Positions 12,404 through 29,949 of a stretch of 64,000 bases of DNA are shown in pieces. Source of the stretch: Selaginella moellendorffii (lineage: Eukaryota > Plantae > Lycopodiophyta). The position numbers were made by a program, and so were the translations under genes. Location of the stretch: the NCBI RefSeq assembly GCF_000143415.4, contig NW_003314270.1:62001-126000 (forward strand), written 5' to 3'. The notes beneath the pieces are model-generated. The model worked only from the letters and a program-made list of their open reading frames with translations. It searched no databases and was not told where the DNA came from. The stretch's first letter is position 1. Every line of letters starts with the position of its first letter.

Positions 12404-13662
12404 GTGGGTTTTCATGATCTCCGCGTACGGAAGGAATAAGCTAAGAAAACGTTTGACCTAATGCCGGATCCCAGTCTAGTTGCGTGGAATTGCCTTCTCG
12501 GCGCATTATGCCCGGCTTGGGCATTTGCGAGAATCCGAGCGAATCTTTTGGAATGCCTGCGTGGGATATCTTCTCACATACGGCGATGCTTGCCGCATTT
12601 GTAAATGCGAAGTGTTTCGATAATGCGAAGGTTTTGTTTGATGACATGCCGGAGTGGGACGTGGTTTGCTGCAATACTCTAATGGCAGCAAATGAAAGCT
12701 ACGATCAGGCAAAAGATTTGTTTGATTCGTTGCGCGAATGGGCACTGGTGTCATACAACACCATTCTAAAAACATTATCGAGAACATCAAAAGCTTGTGA
12801 TGCAAAGAGCTTCTTTGATTCTATGCTTGCCAGAGATATGTTCTCATGGAATGTTCTTTTGAAAACTTATACCCAAATCGGGTATCTTGGTCATGCAAAA
12901 TCTTTGTTTTCTGGCATGAAAATGCACGATACAGTGGCTTGTAACACAATGTTGCTTCTGTATGAAATGCATGGCGCTGTAGAGGAATCTACCGTACTTG
13001 TCAGCTCCATGCCGTACTGGGATTCCGTCACTTGGAATAACATGCTTCTGGCATATACCCGAAATGGGCATCTTGAAGATGCCATTAGAGTATATGAAAT
13101 ACTGCCTTCAGACTTTGTCTCCTGTACTGTCATGCTCTCGGCATATTCCCAGTCCGGGAATCTTGACAAAGCCGTGTCTTTGTTTCATAGGTTCTCGTAT
13201 AAAGACCAGGCACTATGGAATGCTCTTCTGGCTGCCTATGTTGGTAATGGATGCCTCGAATATGCCCAGGCCGTGTTTCTTAGAGCTCCAAAGCTTAGCT
13301 CTGTGTCGTGGAATATAATGGTGGCGGGTAATGCGAAGGTTGGATTTATTGGCGAGGTTTTGAGATTGGTACACACGATGGTGGTGGAGGGAGTCGAGCC
13401 TGAGATTGCGACGCTCCTTTCCATCTTGGTTGGATGCAACCATGGCGGCGATGTCTACACTGCTTGGAAATACTTGCAGTGCATGGTTTGTGACTTTGGT
13501 ATTGCTCCAACGAGGGAAGTTTACTGCTGTGTGCTAGATCTTCTCATGAGAGCCAACTACATCGAGGCTGCAAGGGATTTGTTTTACAACATGCCATTTG
13601 AGCCGGAAGCAGTTGACTGGAAATGCATGAACAGATTATTCCAAGCCATGAGACTAGTATAA
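12404..13662 (+). pseudogene. PLS/E-class PPR (copy B), 5'-truncated; residual ORF of about 370 aa from 12553
   Basis: Tandem short PPR motifs (DVVCCNTLMAA, DMFSWNVLLKTY, DSVTWNNMLLAY) and an L2/S2-E start (YCCVLDLLMRA..MPFEPEAVDW) ending prematurely. It lacks the N-terminus seen in copy A and is frameshifted at about 12505-12550. Confidence 0.75.
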
Positions 13663-14188
13663 AAGAAAAGGGAGTACAGTGAAAAATGGCTGATTAAAAA
13701 TGCTTTAATCTTTGCAGGATCAAATCCAATTAGAGGAAAAACAAAAGGGATGATTCTATTAGTGGCTAATTCTATTTCTATCATTTTGTTTTTCACTCAT
13801 CTTTATTTCATTTCTTCCTGATGGTTAGTTATCAAATACCATTAATTAAATCATTGCAGCTGAAAAATTATTATAAGACTTTTTCATAAGAATTCGTATA
13901 GATCTAATTTTCATAAAATTTATTTGATAAGTTACTTGGAGAAGAAACTGCGATACGAAGCGATCGTGAAGAGGGTGTTCTCCATCTGTGAGCCACTGGA
14001 GAGACTCCAAGAGTAGTCGTCACGGCCGCCGTGGAATCGCGAAAATCGAAGGGATACCATAGCCATTTGGAGAACTTCGCGAAGTTGAGCGTGGGAGCGT
14101 TGCGAGAAAGAAATCACGACGTCTATGAAGTTTAAAATCGACAATGCGAGGGAAGGTTTAAACCTAGGTTTCTATTTTCTTCTCAGCG

Positions 14189-17100
14189 ATGGAGCCCGAG
14201 GGGGGCGAGGGCGAGGCGGCGGAGGAGCAAGAGGAGGATCAGGTAGCCTACATTCTTTCTCGATCGATAGATCACGTCCCGGCGCCCACTGACGCGCTCG
14301 ATTCTTGCGAAAGGCGCAGGTGTACATGACGTGCATTCTACAAGGCAACCGGTGTGGATTCCTCTTTCCTCTTCGATCTTTGTTTTGATTCCCCTCTCAG
14401 GCTTGGCGCCGCGTACTACGAGCTCGATTCAGCCACTTTGTATGTGATGGATGCCTGGGAAGAGGAAAATGCCGACTATCCTTGCGTCCAGCTCGGTATG
14501 ATGTTTAGCGACTTTTGTAGAGAGCTCCGCGATTTGGGTTTTATGCTTGACGCAGTTAAGTTCCAAGCACAGCCGGCGATCATCTATACCAGCACAAAAA
14601 TGGAAGAGTCTTTTATTGGCTCTCTTCGAAAGCAAGGTGGCTTCTTATCGTGTTTGTTTCTCTTTCTCTTTTGCATTTCATGACTTTGTTTTTGTGATTT
14701 GCAGTTGACGAGGAGACACAAGGTGCGGAGGTAAAGCTTGTGAAGAGTTCTTACTTCAGTTACGAGCAAGCTTGGCACAGGTTAGGATGGATGATAAGAA
14801 ATTCGATTTTAGCCTGCTGACATTTGTACAGGCTAATGCAGCTCCAGCTACGTGGAATGCATCGTGATTTGCCGCAAAAGGAGAGAATCCATTATGTGAG
14901 TGTCTCAAGTCTTTTGTGAATCTGTAATGACGAGACCTCTATGCCAATGCAGCTGAACACTTTGATGAATCTCGAGAGTGAGATGCAAGTTCGTGCTGCT
15001 GGTGCGCTCATAGCGATACTACAGCAGGAGCTGATGCCTGAATCGTCAGATGCCGAGGATGGCGTTTCGAGATTGCGCATATTCAACGTGTCGGAGCTGT
15101 CCCTGTATCCTCTTTCGGTTCATTTTCCAATGCCTTATATTTTATTGTTCTAGGAATGGATTTTTGAATCTCGACGCGACGACTTACGATGCACTACAAG
15201 TTTTTCAAGTCGACAAGCATCCCAGCCACATGGGAATCGGCAAACCAAAAGAAGGGTAGACATGGCGAGAGGAACGTTCATAGTCTAACATAATAAAGTT
15301 TATCAGGTTTTCCGTCTTCGGTATGATGAATAAGGTACTTTGCAGTTCTTTACAACAGGCACTGACTCCTGGATTTCAGTGTGTAACGTTAATGGGAAGA
15401 CGGCTACTGAGGTACTTCCAAGATTCTCGTCTATAAGTTATCCATACGAATATTGGCAGGACGTGGTTTTCCCGACCTATACTCGACTGGGCTGCATTGA
15501 ACGACCGTTTGGATACTGTATCCTTTGTGGGCCTTCGCTTTCTCGAGTCATTGACGGAGAAAAAGATATCGGTCCTGAAGTCATCACATGATCTAACTCA
15601 GTTGCTGCAAAACACAATGAAGCAAGTGAAAAGTATTCCGCGGTTGCTGCAGGTAAGAGGCTGCATCCTTTTTGTTCCTGCCTCATGCCTTCGTTTCAGA
15701 AGTTTGCATCACCGAGCTTCCTTTCAAGTCGTACGGACTGGTCGACGTTTCTAAAAGTTCGTGAATCAGTGTGGCACTTTTGATTATTTGTTAACAAATC
15801 CGTCTCTCAGAGCATCAATGCACTTATTGAAATCAGGCAAACTCTAGCAGCTTTTCTTTCAAGCCGGCAAGACAGAGTGCAAATCTCCAACCTGGAGATA
15901 TTTCAAAAGGTTTGCCGTAGATAATTTGATTGCCTACATTGACGGTTTGAATGCATTGCAGGTGTTTTCAACCGTTACGGAAGATTTTGCTTATGTTAGC
16001 GACCTGGTAAGGTCACTAAATTTTGATAGTTTTTGACACATCGACTTCAAGGTCAAGGGAGTTCTTGATTTTGATCAAACCTGTGGCGAGGCCTGTGATA
16101 CATTTGTCGCGCGTGGTATATGTCAAGAAGTAAGCTGTTTCTTCTGTGGGAGCCCCTCGTTTACTTTTCTTTTCTTCGTAGCTAGATGAGTTGAAAGCAA
16201 TCTACGACGGTCTTCCACAATTCCTGGACGAGGTATGGCAATAGCTGCAAGCTACTTGCTGAATCTGATTCCTTTTTTCTCAGATTGCATCATCGGAGAT
16301 TAAAAAGTTACCACATCAGAGACAAGGCTCCATAGTCTATATTCCACAAGTTGGTCAGTCAGCTTTTTAGTTTCTTTCCACAGCTGCTGGTTGGTAAAAC
16401 AGGGTACTTGATGTGTTTCCCTGGCGAGCTTAAGCCAGAAGTGCTAGAGATAGCTCCAGACTTCCAACTCGCTGTAAGCGCGCTAGAGGTTGTTTGAACT
16501 GACTTTAGGCAAACGACTCTCAGTTCAAAAGTGGGTGTGGCAACGACGAGGAATTTTTCTATCACACAACCAAAACCAGGGAACTAGACGAGGTGCTGGG
16601 AGATATTTACTACAAAATTCTGGGTAATCACTTTGGTATTTGTGACGTTCACGGTTATTTTCTAAATGTTTCAGATATGGAACGCGCCATTTTGAAGGAG
16701 CTGGAGTCTAAAGTGCAAAAGTACGAACCCGCAGTTAGATATTCAGCGGACTTGACTGCGCAGCTGGATTGGTAGCTTGAGTTCTTATCTAGCAAATCAT
16801 TTATCTTTTTATTTTATTTCTACCTTAATACAGTCTCGTATCAATGGCAATAAGCGCAGGCGAGTATAACTACAACAGACCTCGACTCGTTGAAGATGAC
16901 ATACTGATAATAAAGAACGGAAGGTACAAAACAGGGATCTGCTCTCTAAAACTTGGAAAAAATTGTCAGGCATCCTTTACAAGAACTGACAGTCGATACG
17001 TTTGTTCCAAACAACACGCAAATTGAAGAGAAAGGTTGGACAATATGTGTCTGTTTGATGCTGATTTCTTTGTCTACAGGACGAATTTGTGTTGTAACTG

Positions 17101-18287
17101 GTCCAAATTACTCCGGGAAAAGCGTCTACATCAAGCAAGTAAGTTAGAGCAGTCACTTATGTATTTTTTTCTAATCTGACTGTTAAGTCCGCAGGTTGCG
17201 CTTATTGTCTTCCTTTCACACATCGGGAGCTTTGTGCCGGCAGACGAGGCAGTGATCGGCATTACAGACAGAATCTTTACTCGGTTGCCATGCAAGCAAT
17301 CTACCAAGGTTCCTCAGTCAACTTTTATGACTGACCTCCATCAAATATCAGTAATGCTAAGGTAAGCATTCATTTTTATGTGTTGCGGGGTGATAAACAA
17401 CTCTTTCAGATATGCAACTTCAAAGTCGCTATGCTTAATTGACGAGTTTGGCAGTGGCACAATGTCTGCAGGTATTATGCGATTGACGCGAAAAAAAAAA
17501 AAAGGGAAACAATGGGATTTGTTTTTGTAGATGGCATTGGTCTTCTATGCTCAACACTTCACCACTTTGCTGGTTCTGAATCCTCGCCGAAGGTCTTCAT
17601 CCGTTTTTTTTTTCCTCTGCTTTCCTGACAATTGTCATTTTAGATTCTGGCATGTACACATTTCAGTGAATTGTCGGAGGGATGTTTTCTGCCCAAGGTG
17701 AAACGCTTTTCTACTTAGCGTGTTGTAAACATCTTTTTGCAGTCGCAAAGGATAGCTTTCTATACGATGAGCATCCTAGAACCGACAGGCAACAATGGCG
17801 ACCCCAACCGACTGGCAGATATCGTCTTTCTTTACAGGTAATCAGCCTATCTCTTTGATTCAAATTTTGAAATATTTAGCTGCAGACTTGTCCCGGGATA
17901 CCAGGCCCCTAGCTACGGTAATATAGGTTTTCTTTTTCATCCATGCTTACATTTGTTTTTTAACTCAGGCCTTCACTGTGCTGAACTTGCTGGTACGTGG
18001 CTGTAGCTTTTACCACGACTTTTCTAAAAGGTTTTGCACCAGGTGTCCCTCATGAAATAATCAACAGAGCAGCAGAGATACTGGAGTCCATGAAGATGGG
18101 CAAACCTATCCATCGTCTTCAAGTTCCAAAAATTGTTGCCAGGGATCGTGAATATCAGGTGATCATTTTTCCTTAGAAGTTCGTAATTCTTGTTGTGGCG
18201 ATGCAGGAACTTGTAGACCAGCTGGTAGCTTTCGACTGTAAAAACGGGGACGTGAACAAGTTCTTGCACGAGCTTTTGTCGTTCTAA
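14189..18287 (+). CDS. MSH5: Meiotic MutS homolog 5, about 35 short exons
   Basis: [66 protein letters not shown], Walker [45 protein letters not shown]. Stop TAA at 18285-18287. Confidence 0.95.
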
Positions 18288-18449
18288 ACCATCGGTTATA
18301 GGGCCACGTGGACGGTCGGTTGGCGTTCGCCATTCCTCGTCCATGCCTGTTCGCAACGTGAATGAATATCCACACATTGAGGTGGGCATACTTTTGCAAA
18401 TCTTGTTCCTTTTGTTTTGTATGGCAGTGCTTCTGCATCTCGGGGTAGA

Positions 18450-22988
<4,539 letters not shown>

Positions 22989-23031
22989 AAAATATATGTG
23001 TAAGCTTTAGTGTGTGAATGTGGACTTTCAG

Positions 23032-23105
23032 CGACCACGGTGGGATTCGAACCCACGACCTTCAGATCCGAAGTCTGACGCGCTCATCCACTGCGCTACG
23101 CGGCC
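23032..23105 (-). tRNA. trnR-UCG: tRNA-Arg(UCG)
   Basis: Reverse complement GGCCGCGTAGCGCAGTGGATGAGCGCGTCAGACTTCGGATCTGAAGGTCGTGGGTTCGAATCCCACCGTGGTCG. Anticodon arm TCAGA-CT-TCG-GA-TCTGA, T-loop GTTCGAATC, T5 terminator about 40 nt downstream. Confidence 0.97.
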
Positions 23106-23522
23106 ATTAACGTGACGAGCTTGGGCACAAGAACAAACACGACGACCAAGTAAGAAAAGAAAGTTATGCTTCCATTCTGATTGTTTTACGGCAGGAGAAA
23201 CCTATCGCAAGCTTTGGAGAAGGCGAGAGTGATCGATCTAAGCTAGTTGGAGTCGCGGTTTTGTGAGTATCTAGTGTCTAAGTTCCCGGTGATCACGGCC
23301 GCATCGTGCAACTTGGATTATCTAACTCGAAAGCTAAGTTATAGACTCGTTGCGTACGATAAAAACAAAGTTTCTCTATACTTTCATCGTGGTTCCTGTC
23401 TTTGAGAAAAGTTGTGACAGGTTTCCTTGGGAGAAATATAGAACTATAAGTACCTTTGGCTACACTTCCGCAAACTTCGTAAGTACCTCTCTTACTTTTT
23501 TTACTGAGCGATCCATTGGACA

Positions 23523-24949
23523 TTAGTAAGTGTTGGTGGACTTGAAATGCTCGTCGTCGACAGTGGAGTAAACGTAGCCTTCGTTCACCAGAAACTCCAC
23601 CGCATCCCTGCGAGTGTTAAAATATATCAGGAGCCTTCACCGATGAAAACGTAATATTACCTGACTTGCTTCTTGGAGAAACCAGTAATACGTCTCGCAA
23701 TCTCATCAACGTGAAGGCCCTGCTCACTTTCCCTGCCAAGAAATAAAACAAGCACCGGAGTATTTAACATCATGGCAAGCTTCGAAATGCGAAAGCTACG
23801 GACTTAACAGATGGCTCCTCAAAAACCGCCTGTACCCGGCGTTGGCATTCACTCATCCCATTGGAATTCGCAGGAGCCGCTGGAGTAGCATACTGCCAAG
23901 GAATAAAGAAAGAACGGTGCGTTACTTCCCCGTTACATGGATTTTACAATGCACTTACCGGATTGGATACCGGATTGGAATAGTTTGTGTGATTGAAAGT
24001 GGGAGGAGACGCGGGACCGTCAGGCCTTGCCGCCCCCTAGAAGCTGAAACTTTAAAACTCTCTACAAAACAATGCTAAGAGGACTTGCTACCTGTGATTT
24101 CGTGTTGTAGGTATGTGCAAAGATGCAGTCCAGGAAGTGGAACGTGATCTCGTTGAAGTCTGTGATAGGCCTGCAAAACGAAGTTAGCCACGGAGTTCCA
24201 AGAGCAGAGAATCGAGTGAGTTTACTTCACTGCAAAAGCGACAACTGTTCTCTTGTTCTGGAACGTCCGAAGGTGTCCGTGAATTCGTACATACTGTCCG
24301 TGCCTGACGTTGGGAAATAAGAAAGCAGCGAGAACCATAACAAAAAAATAAGAGTCCAAATCATTTCTCTCTCCATTTTCCAAGTACTTACTGAATGCTG
24401 TGTAGCTGCAAAGCCTCGGGAGCATCCGGTGACTCGATCCTGAAACAAAGAAGAAAAACGAAGAACACTATCAGAAAAGAAAAAAAGAAAAAAGAGCTTT
24501 TGCTAGTACCATCTTTTCACTTCGACTCTGCCAGTTCCATCGTCAAGCATGAAGGAAATATCCGTCGCCCTTTCCTCTTTCCCAAGCAACATCCCCACCA
24601 TCGTGACCTGCGTGAATTCTATCAGCAGACCAAGAAGAAAAAAAAAGAAAAAATAGCGCTTTCTTACATTGCTCATAGACTGGCCGTCCACAATAAGATT
24701 ATCATCAGTAGCCGATTGAATCGCCCGGCTCATCTGCTTCACAGTAAGCGGGAAGAGACCGCTGCTCGGAGCCCCAGATTTCTTTATATCGGACGAAAAA
24801 CCGATCAATCCATCGCAAAGATCGCCAGAACAAGACGCTCTAAATCATACCTTCACGGATGGATCGCCGCCTCCAGTAGCGAAGCCGCTGGGCTGCGAGG
24901 GCATGAACCCCCCGCCCCCAAAATCCATAGCCGCATTGTCCCCATACAT
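23523..24949 (-). CDS. RPA2: Replication protein A 32-kDa subunit, multi-exon
   Basis: [74 protein letters not shown], and a winged-helix end [23 protein letters not shown]. Confidence 0.95.
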
Positions 24950-24982
24950 GACGCTCTTTAGGGCTCTAGCCTATAAACCCTT

Positions 24983-25015
24983 TTTCCCGCCAAAATCATC
25001 CGGATTCCCGCCAAA
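24983..25015. promoter_or_regulatory. Two E2F-type sites upstream of RPA2
   Basis: TTTCCCGCCAAA at 24983 and ATTCCCGCCAAA at 25004 match the E2F consensus WTTSSCSS, as expected for a replication gene. Confidence 0.7.
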
Positions 25016-25023
25016 TTTCTTTT

Positions 25024-25208
25024 GATTAATCTAAAACAATGTGCATTTTTAAGAGAAATTGCAAATTTATTTTGATGAATCAATCCATCTAAAAATCCTA
25101 TAAGAATGTCGCTAAGATAATTGGCAAATAATCAATCCATCTAAAAGATCCAAAACAGTGTACATGGTTAAGATAATTGCAAATTTCTTTCGATTAATCA
25201 ATCCATTC
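25024..25208. repeat. Degenerate AT-rich tandem repeat (about 55-65 bp, about 3 copies)
   Basis: Recurring taagataattgcaaat...aatcaatccatctaaaa blocks. Confidence 0.6.
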
Positions 25209-25440
25209 TATTGAACTGTATGGAAACAAAAGGCCATAGCTAGTGGTTGTGTGAGAATTTGGCACTTAGCCAAGATTTGCCTGCCAGCACTATATTTGTT
25301 CTTTGTTGTTGTTTAGTTTGTTTGAGAGTTTGAGGAGGCGCGAAGCCAACCATGGAATATCACGAGGACAATAGACTAGGGCTGGCGTGGCATACCTAAC
25401 GGCCGGATGTGACGCCCGTTGTGTTGTTTAACGGCGGTGA

Positions 25441-25512
25441 CGCACGACACGTGGCAGGCGCCCGTTTGGATGTTTAACGCCACGTAACTTAAGCCACAAG
25501 GCGGCGGCCGAC
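25441..25512 (+). promoter_or_regulatory. ABRE/G-box cluster plus DRE core upstream of the DREB2-like gene
   Basis: GACACGTGGC at 25446-25455, GCCACGTA at 25479-25486 and GCCGAC at 25507-25512. Confidence 0.6.
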
Positions 25513-25843
25513 TTATTATTTCGGGGGATTTTTCTTGTAATCTTTGGGGGGTAAAAAGTTAATGTCTTGGCAGGTAAGTTTTATTCCATGCCATTTGCTT
25601 TGCTTCTGTTGGGAGGGAGGAAGGGTTTATGGCGATCTAGAGGAAGAATGTGAGTGATCTTGGAGCTAGGGCGAGCGATCCCGGAGCGCCAAGGAGGAAT
25701 CTTGGAGTAAGTCTTTGCTGGATTGGTTTGATCCAGAAATAGGTCGCGGGAGGAGGAGGATCATATTTGGCGCAGGCGGGGCGCCGAAAAGCTCTGCGAG
25801 GATCATCGATCTCGAGGAAAGAGAGCGAAATCTCGCGAAAAGA

Positions 25844-26989
25844 ATGCCTCCCCGGTCGTGCTCCAACCCGCAAGAAATGTTTTCGGTGCGCCGGATCAAC
25901 GCGCCCGGCAGCAAGAACACGCACAGGGTCCTCCCCAAGATGATCGACGCCGGCGCCACCCCGATCGTCTACAAGATCCCGCCGGCGGCGCTGATCCATC
26001 ATCTCCCGGGCGCGGCCACCGCGGCGGCATCGAGCAGCGATCACAATCTTGCAAGATCCAAGAAATTCTCGCTGGCATCGTCGAGCTTCTCGGCGAATCT
26101 GGGCGGCACGAGCAGTGACAGGAGCCCCCAGCGCAGCAAGAAGGGGTGTATGAAAGGCAAGGGCGGTCCACAAAACTCCCAGTGCCAGTATCGTGGCGTC
26201 CGGCAAAGAACTTGGGGAAAATGGGTCGCGGAGATTCGAGAGCCCAATCGAGGAGCGAGGATTTGGCTGGGGACTTTCACCACCGCCGAGGACGCCGCTG
26301 CTGCCTACGATCGTGCCGCGAAGATCCACTACGGCCCATCCGCCCAGCTCAATTTCCCCGAGTCGGGATCCAACTCCGGGTGTAGCACTAGCAGCTCCGC
26401 GGCATCCGATCAAACAGGAGTAGCAGTGGCGGCAGTGCCAGGAATTCACGCTGCTCCAGCGAAGAAGCTTTGCATCGAGAAGCCCAACAAGTCGAGCGAT
26501 TCGAGCTCGTCGACGAGCTGCGTGGTGGAAGCGAAGAACACTGGCAGCGCTTTGAGCATCGCCACCAACACCAGCAAGAACAATGGTGGCACTAGCAGGA
26601 TCGTGCCAAGCTCGCTGGTGGAGGAACCCAGCGAGAACAGAGCGATCCTCAAGCGCTGCCGAGAGGACAAGCTCGCGATCCAGATGAATTGCTCCAGCTG
26701 CTGCGACGTCGATCACAGGCAAATGATCACCCAGCCGGAGATCTTTAGCTCGGATTTCTCCGCGGAGCTGCCAGCGCTGGGTGGTGGGCTGACGATCATG
26801 GAGCAAGGGGACGATTTCAAGTGCCAGTCGATGATCTGGGACGAGGGCGATTGTGGTGGGAATAGCTTCAGCGTGAGCGATCTGGGGATTTGCTGCGACC
26901 AGGACGACGACCTCTCGGAGATCAACAAATCTTTCTCGGGGCTGGAGGCCGTGTTCTTGGATCAATTGTCTCAGCCCATTGGAAACTAA
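25844..26989 (+). CDS. DREB2: AP2/ERF transcription factor, DREB2 (group IV/A-2) type
   Basis: Conserved [75 protein letters not shown] and an acidic C-terminus. First in-frame ATG is at 25844; upstream GTAAGT donors suggest 5' introns. Confidence 0.92.
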   Translation: MPPRSCSNPQEMFSVRRINAPGSKNTHRVLPKMIDAGATPIVYKIPPAALIHHLPGAATAAASSSDHNLARSKKFSLASSSFSANLGGTSSDRSPQRSKKGCMKGKGGPQNSQCQYRGVRQRTWGKWVAEIREPNRGARIWLGTFTTAEDAAAAYDRAAKIHYGPSAQLNFPESGSNSGCSTSSSAASDQTGVAVAAVPGIHAAPAKKLCIEKPNKSSDSSSSTSCVVEAKNTGSALSIATNTSKNNGGTSRIVPSSLVEEPSENRAILKRCREDKLAIQMNCSSCCDVDHRQMITQPEIFSSDFSAELPALGGGLTIMEQGDDFKCQSMIWDEGDCGGNSFSVSDLGICCDQDDDLSEINKSFSGLEAVFLDQLSQPIGN

Positions 26990-27170
26990 AAGAGGAAGAA
27001 AAGGAGCAAAAAAAAGAATGGTTTTTAAACTTTTGTTTCTTCCCGCCAATCATTGAAGAGTATATATAGTATGCACAAAAGCCCTAATCTCTATCAAGCA
27101 TTGGTTTTAAAATGTATTTGGCGGGATAGGGTTTTAGAGGTGGAGCTAGGGTTTAGGGCGTGGTGGAGAA

Positions 27171-29376
27171 ATGCTTGGCGCCCCGGCGCATCGGCAGCTC
27201 GGATTCTCGTCGCCAACGTTCTGCCAGTGGATATGGAGGTCGGGATTGCGCGGCGGCAGCGGCGCTAGGGCGCAATCGCAATCGCAATGCGGGGGATTCA
27301 TTCGCGTGTATTCCGTCGCTGCGAGCGCCAAGGAGAAGAAGAAGCAGCAGGCCAGGTATTCTTTTCATGCCGAGCCTGGCGTCAGCTGGATTTCGCTGGG
27401 ATTGTCCGGGGAAATCTCACAGGCTGCTATGAAGGCGGGGTTTGATCGTCCCTCGACGATACAGGTATGTTTGTGAGGAGACTTCTTTTTGTGTGTGATT
27501 ACGGGTTAACAAGTTTGCTCTTCGTTCTGCCAGGGCGCTGCAATTCCTCGTATTCTAGAAGGTGGTGACGTAATTTTGGCTGCCGAGACGGGCAGTGGAA
27601 AAACTCATGCATATCTCCTTCCGATTTTTCAACTCCTTGCAAAGTCGAATCAGGAATTCAAGGAGAAGAAAGCCGAGGACGAGAATGCTTACATTCCACG
27701 CAGCTTTGCTTTGGTTTTGTGCCCGAACGCTACCCTGTGTCAACAAGCTGCCGAGATGGCGACCAAGGTTTGCAGTAAGCTGGGTGATTTTGTTCGGGTT
27801 GCTGTCATAACCGGAGGTCAGGTACGTGAGAAAATGCTCACCCGAGTTCCTGATAATTTACTATGTTCTTTTCAGGGATGGCCAACATCGCCCCCAGATT
27901 TTGTGTTTGCTACACCGGGAGCCTTGATAAACCACCTCTTCAGCTTCGATCCAAAGCAAAAGCGTAGAACGGCTTTTTTAAGAGATGCCCGTTATGTGGT
28001 GAGTTGATTGTTCATTTCTATCTTCTGCCGAACTACATACTTAAGGAGGTACACAGGTCTTTGATGAAGCGGATATGCTCTTATCAGGGGGTTTTGAACG
28101 GCAAGTGATCCAACGGTTGATTCCACTGCTCAGGCTTGCCGAGAAAAAGCTTGCTGCGGAGGAAAAAGCCATCCAGAAGCCGGGTAGTGAGCAAAAAAAG
28201 GAGGAAACCAAGCCATGGACCGACTTTGAACCTTCTAAAGAAGAGGAATTTGAATCCGACGGTGATTCTGATATGGAAAAGGAGATAGCCAGTGAGTGGA
28301 AGGAAGCGGCAGCAGACATCGATTCTGAGACAGCTACTGACTGTACTCCCGGACCAACAGAATCTGGCGGTGATGAAAAGGGGGACGACACTACAAAGAA
28401 AAAGCGCAAGACATACAGGAAAAAGTACAAAAGAAGCAAGCAATACATTTTTGTGGCTGCTACACTGCCGGTAGTAGGGAAAAAGACTCCTGCTATAATG
28501 CTCTCGTACCAATTCCCGGACGCTACCTGGGTCAACGGCGATTTCCTTCACCGACAAATTCCAAGGTAGCGTGTGGTTCTAGTGTTCTCGTAACTTATCG
28601 AGTTTCTGCTGCAGTGTAAAGCATCAGTGGATTGAGGTCGATTCTAAAAAGCGAGTAGAAGCACTTCTCAAAGCCATTGCCGCACGGCCAGAAGTTAATG
28701 AGGCAGGTACGCCACCATCCTTTATGCGGACGATGGTGTTCGCAAACACCATCGAGTCAGTTACTGCCATTTCCAAGATTCTGGAGAAAGTAAACATCGT
28801 ACCACTTTGTTACCATAGAGATATCCCCTTGGAGGAGCGCACTAGCAACTTGAAAAGGTTTCAAGATGAAGGCGGGATACTGCTGTGTACAGATTCAGGC
28901 GCTCGAGGACTTGACATCCGTGATATTGGTCATATCGTCCAGGTGAGTAAAACAAAGTTTGAAAGCTTTTTACAACTAGCTCTTTGCAGGCCGAGTTTGC
29001 GTTAAATGCAGTCGATTATCTCCATAGAGTGGGAAGAACGGGAAGGGCTGGTAATACCGGCGTTGTTACAAGTCTTTACACAGAATCCAGTAAACCGCTT
29101 GCGAACGCTGTCCGTATAGCAATTTCTGATGGCCAACCAGTGGTACTTTCTTATATGCTGTTCATGCGTTCCTTCATCTAAAGGTCTTTTAAAATTATTG
29201 CAGGAGGGAGCTTTCAGCAGGAAAAGAAGTTTCCGGAACAAGCTTAAAAAGAAAGGTAGGCTGCTGTTTCATTTTCCTTGAAATTTTATGTATTAACGGC
29301 GTGCGGACCACACACAGAGTTGCAACAAGACCAATCTAAGGAGAGCTCTTGCGAGGAGTCCCCAACACCTCTCTGA
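27171..29376 (+). CDS. RH22: DEAD-box RNA helicase, RH22-like (plastid), multi-exon
   Basis: Q motif GFDRPSTIQ, AAETGSGKT, VLCPNATLCQQ, VFDEADML, variant motif III FVAATLP, ARGLDI, HRVGRTGRAG and AFSRKRSFRNKLKK. Stop at 29374-29376. Confidence 0.88.
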
Positions 29377-29949
29377 TGTCTTGTGGTTTGTGAGGCATCA
29401 GTTTCTATTTTGTAGCGTAGTGCGCTGTATTTTCTGATATTAATTCAAAGTCTGTCTGATGAGTTTGATAGGGGGGCGCATGCTCATATTGCCGGTCAGG
29501 ATTTTCGTGCGGAAAGAGCTTGTTTTGTATGGACTTGTCGTTTCGGGTGAGGGAGTTGGCTTGCTGGAGTCCGGTTGCAGAATCCGATGTTCACGTCTTA
29601 CGAAGGAAAGAATAAGGTAAGGTTTGCTGATGGTGACTCTGTTATTCTTTTTTGTTTGTACTGCCTAACCTTGTTGGCGTTCCTTCGCACAGAAACCGAC
29701 TGGAAAGCTGGCTGTGCTTGGTGACTGAGTTTGACCGTGGATTGTTGAGGAAAAAAATTACACAGTTACACAACTGTACTGCACAGGTGAAAGAACATTC
29801 ATTCTGCAATTTACAAAAGACGCCAGGAATTTGAGACCCCTCCAGGAATATCTTGAGGGTATGAGGAAATATCTGGCTTTGTTTCTCGTGACTCCTGTTT
29901 TTAAATGCTGTTTTTTTTTCTTTCCAGACATGATGAGCGGAGCTGAAAA

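Noticed and set aside
25637-27049. 470-aa antisense ORF over the DREB2-like gene
   Set aside because: It shadows a GC-rich coding strand and has no recognisable motifs. Similar shadow ORFs occur over the LRR and PPR exons.
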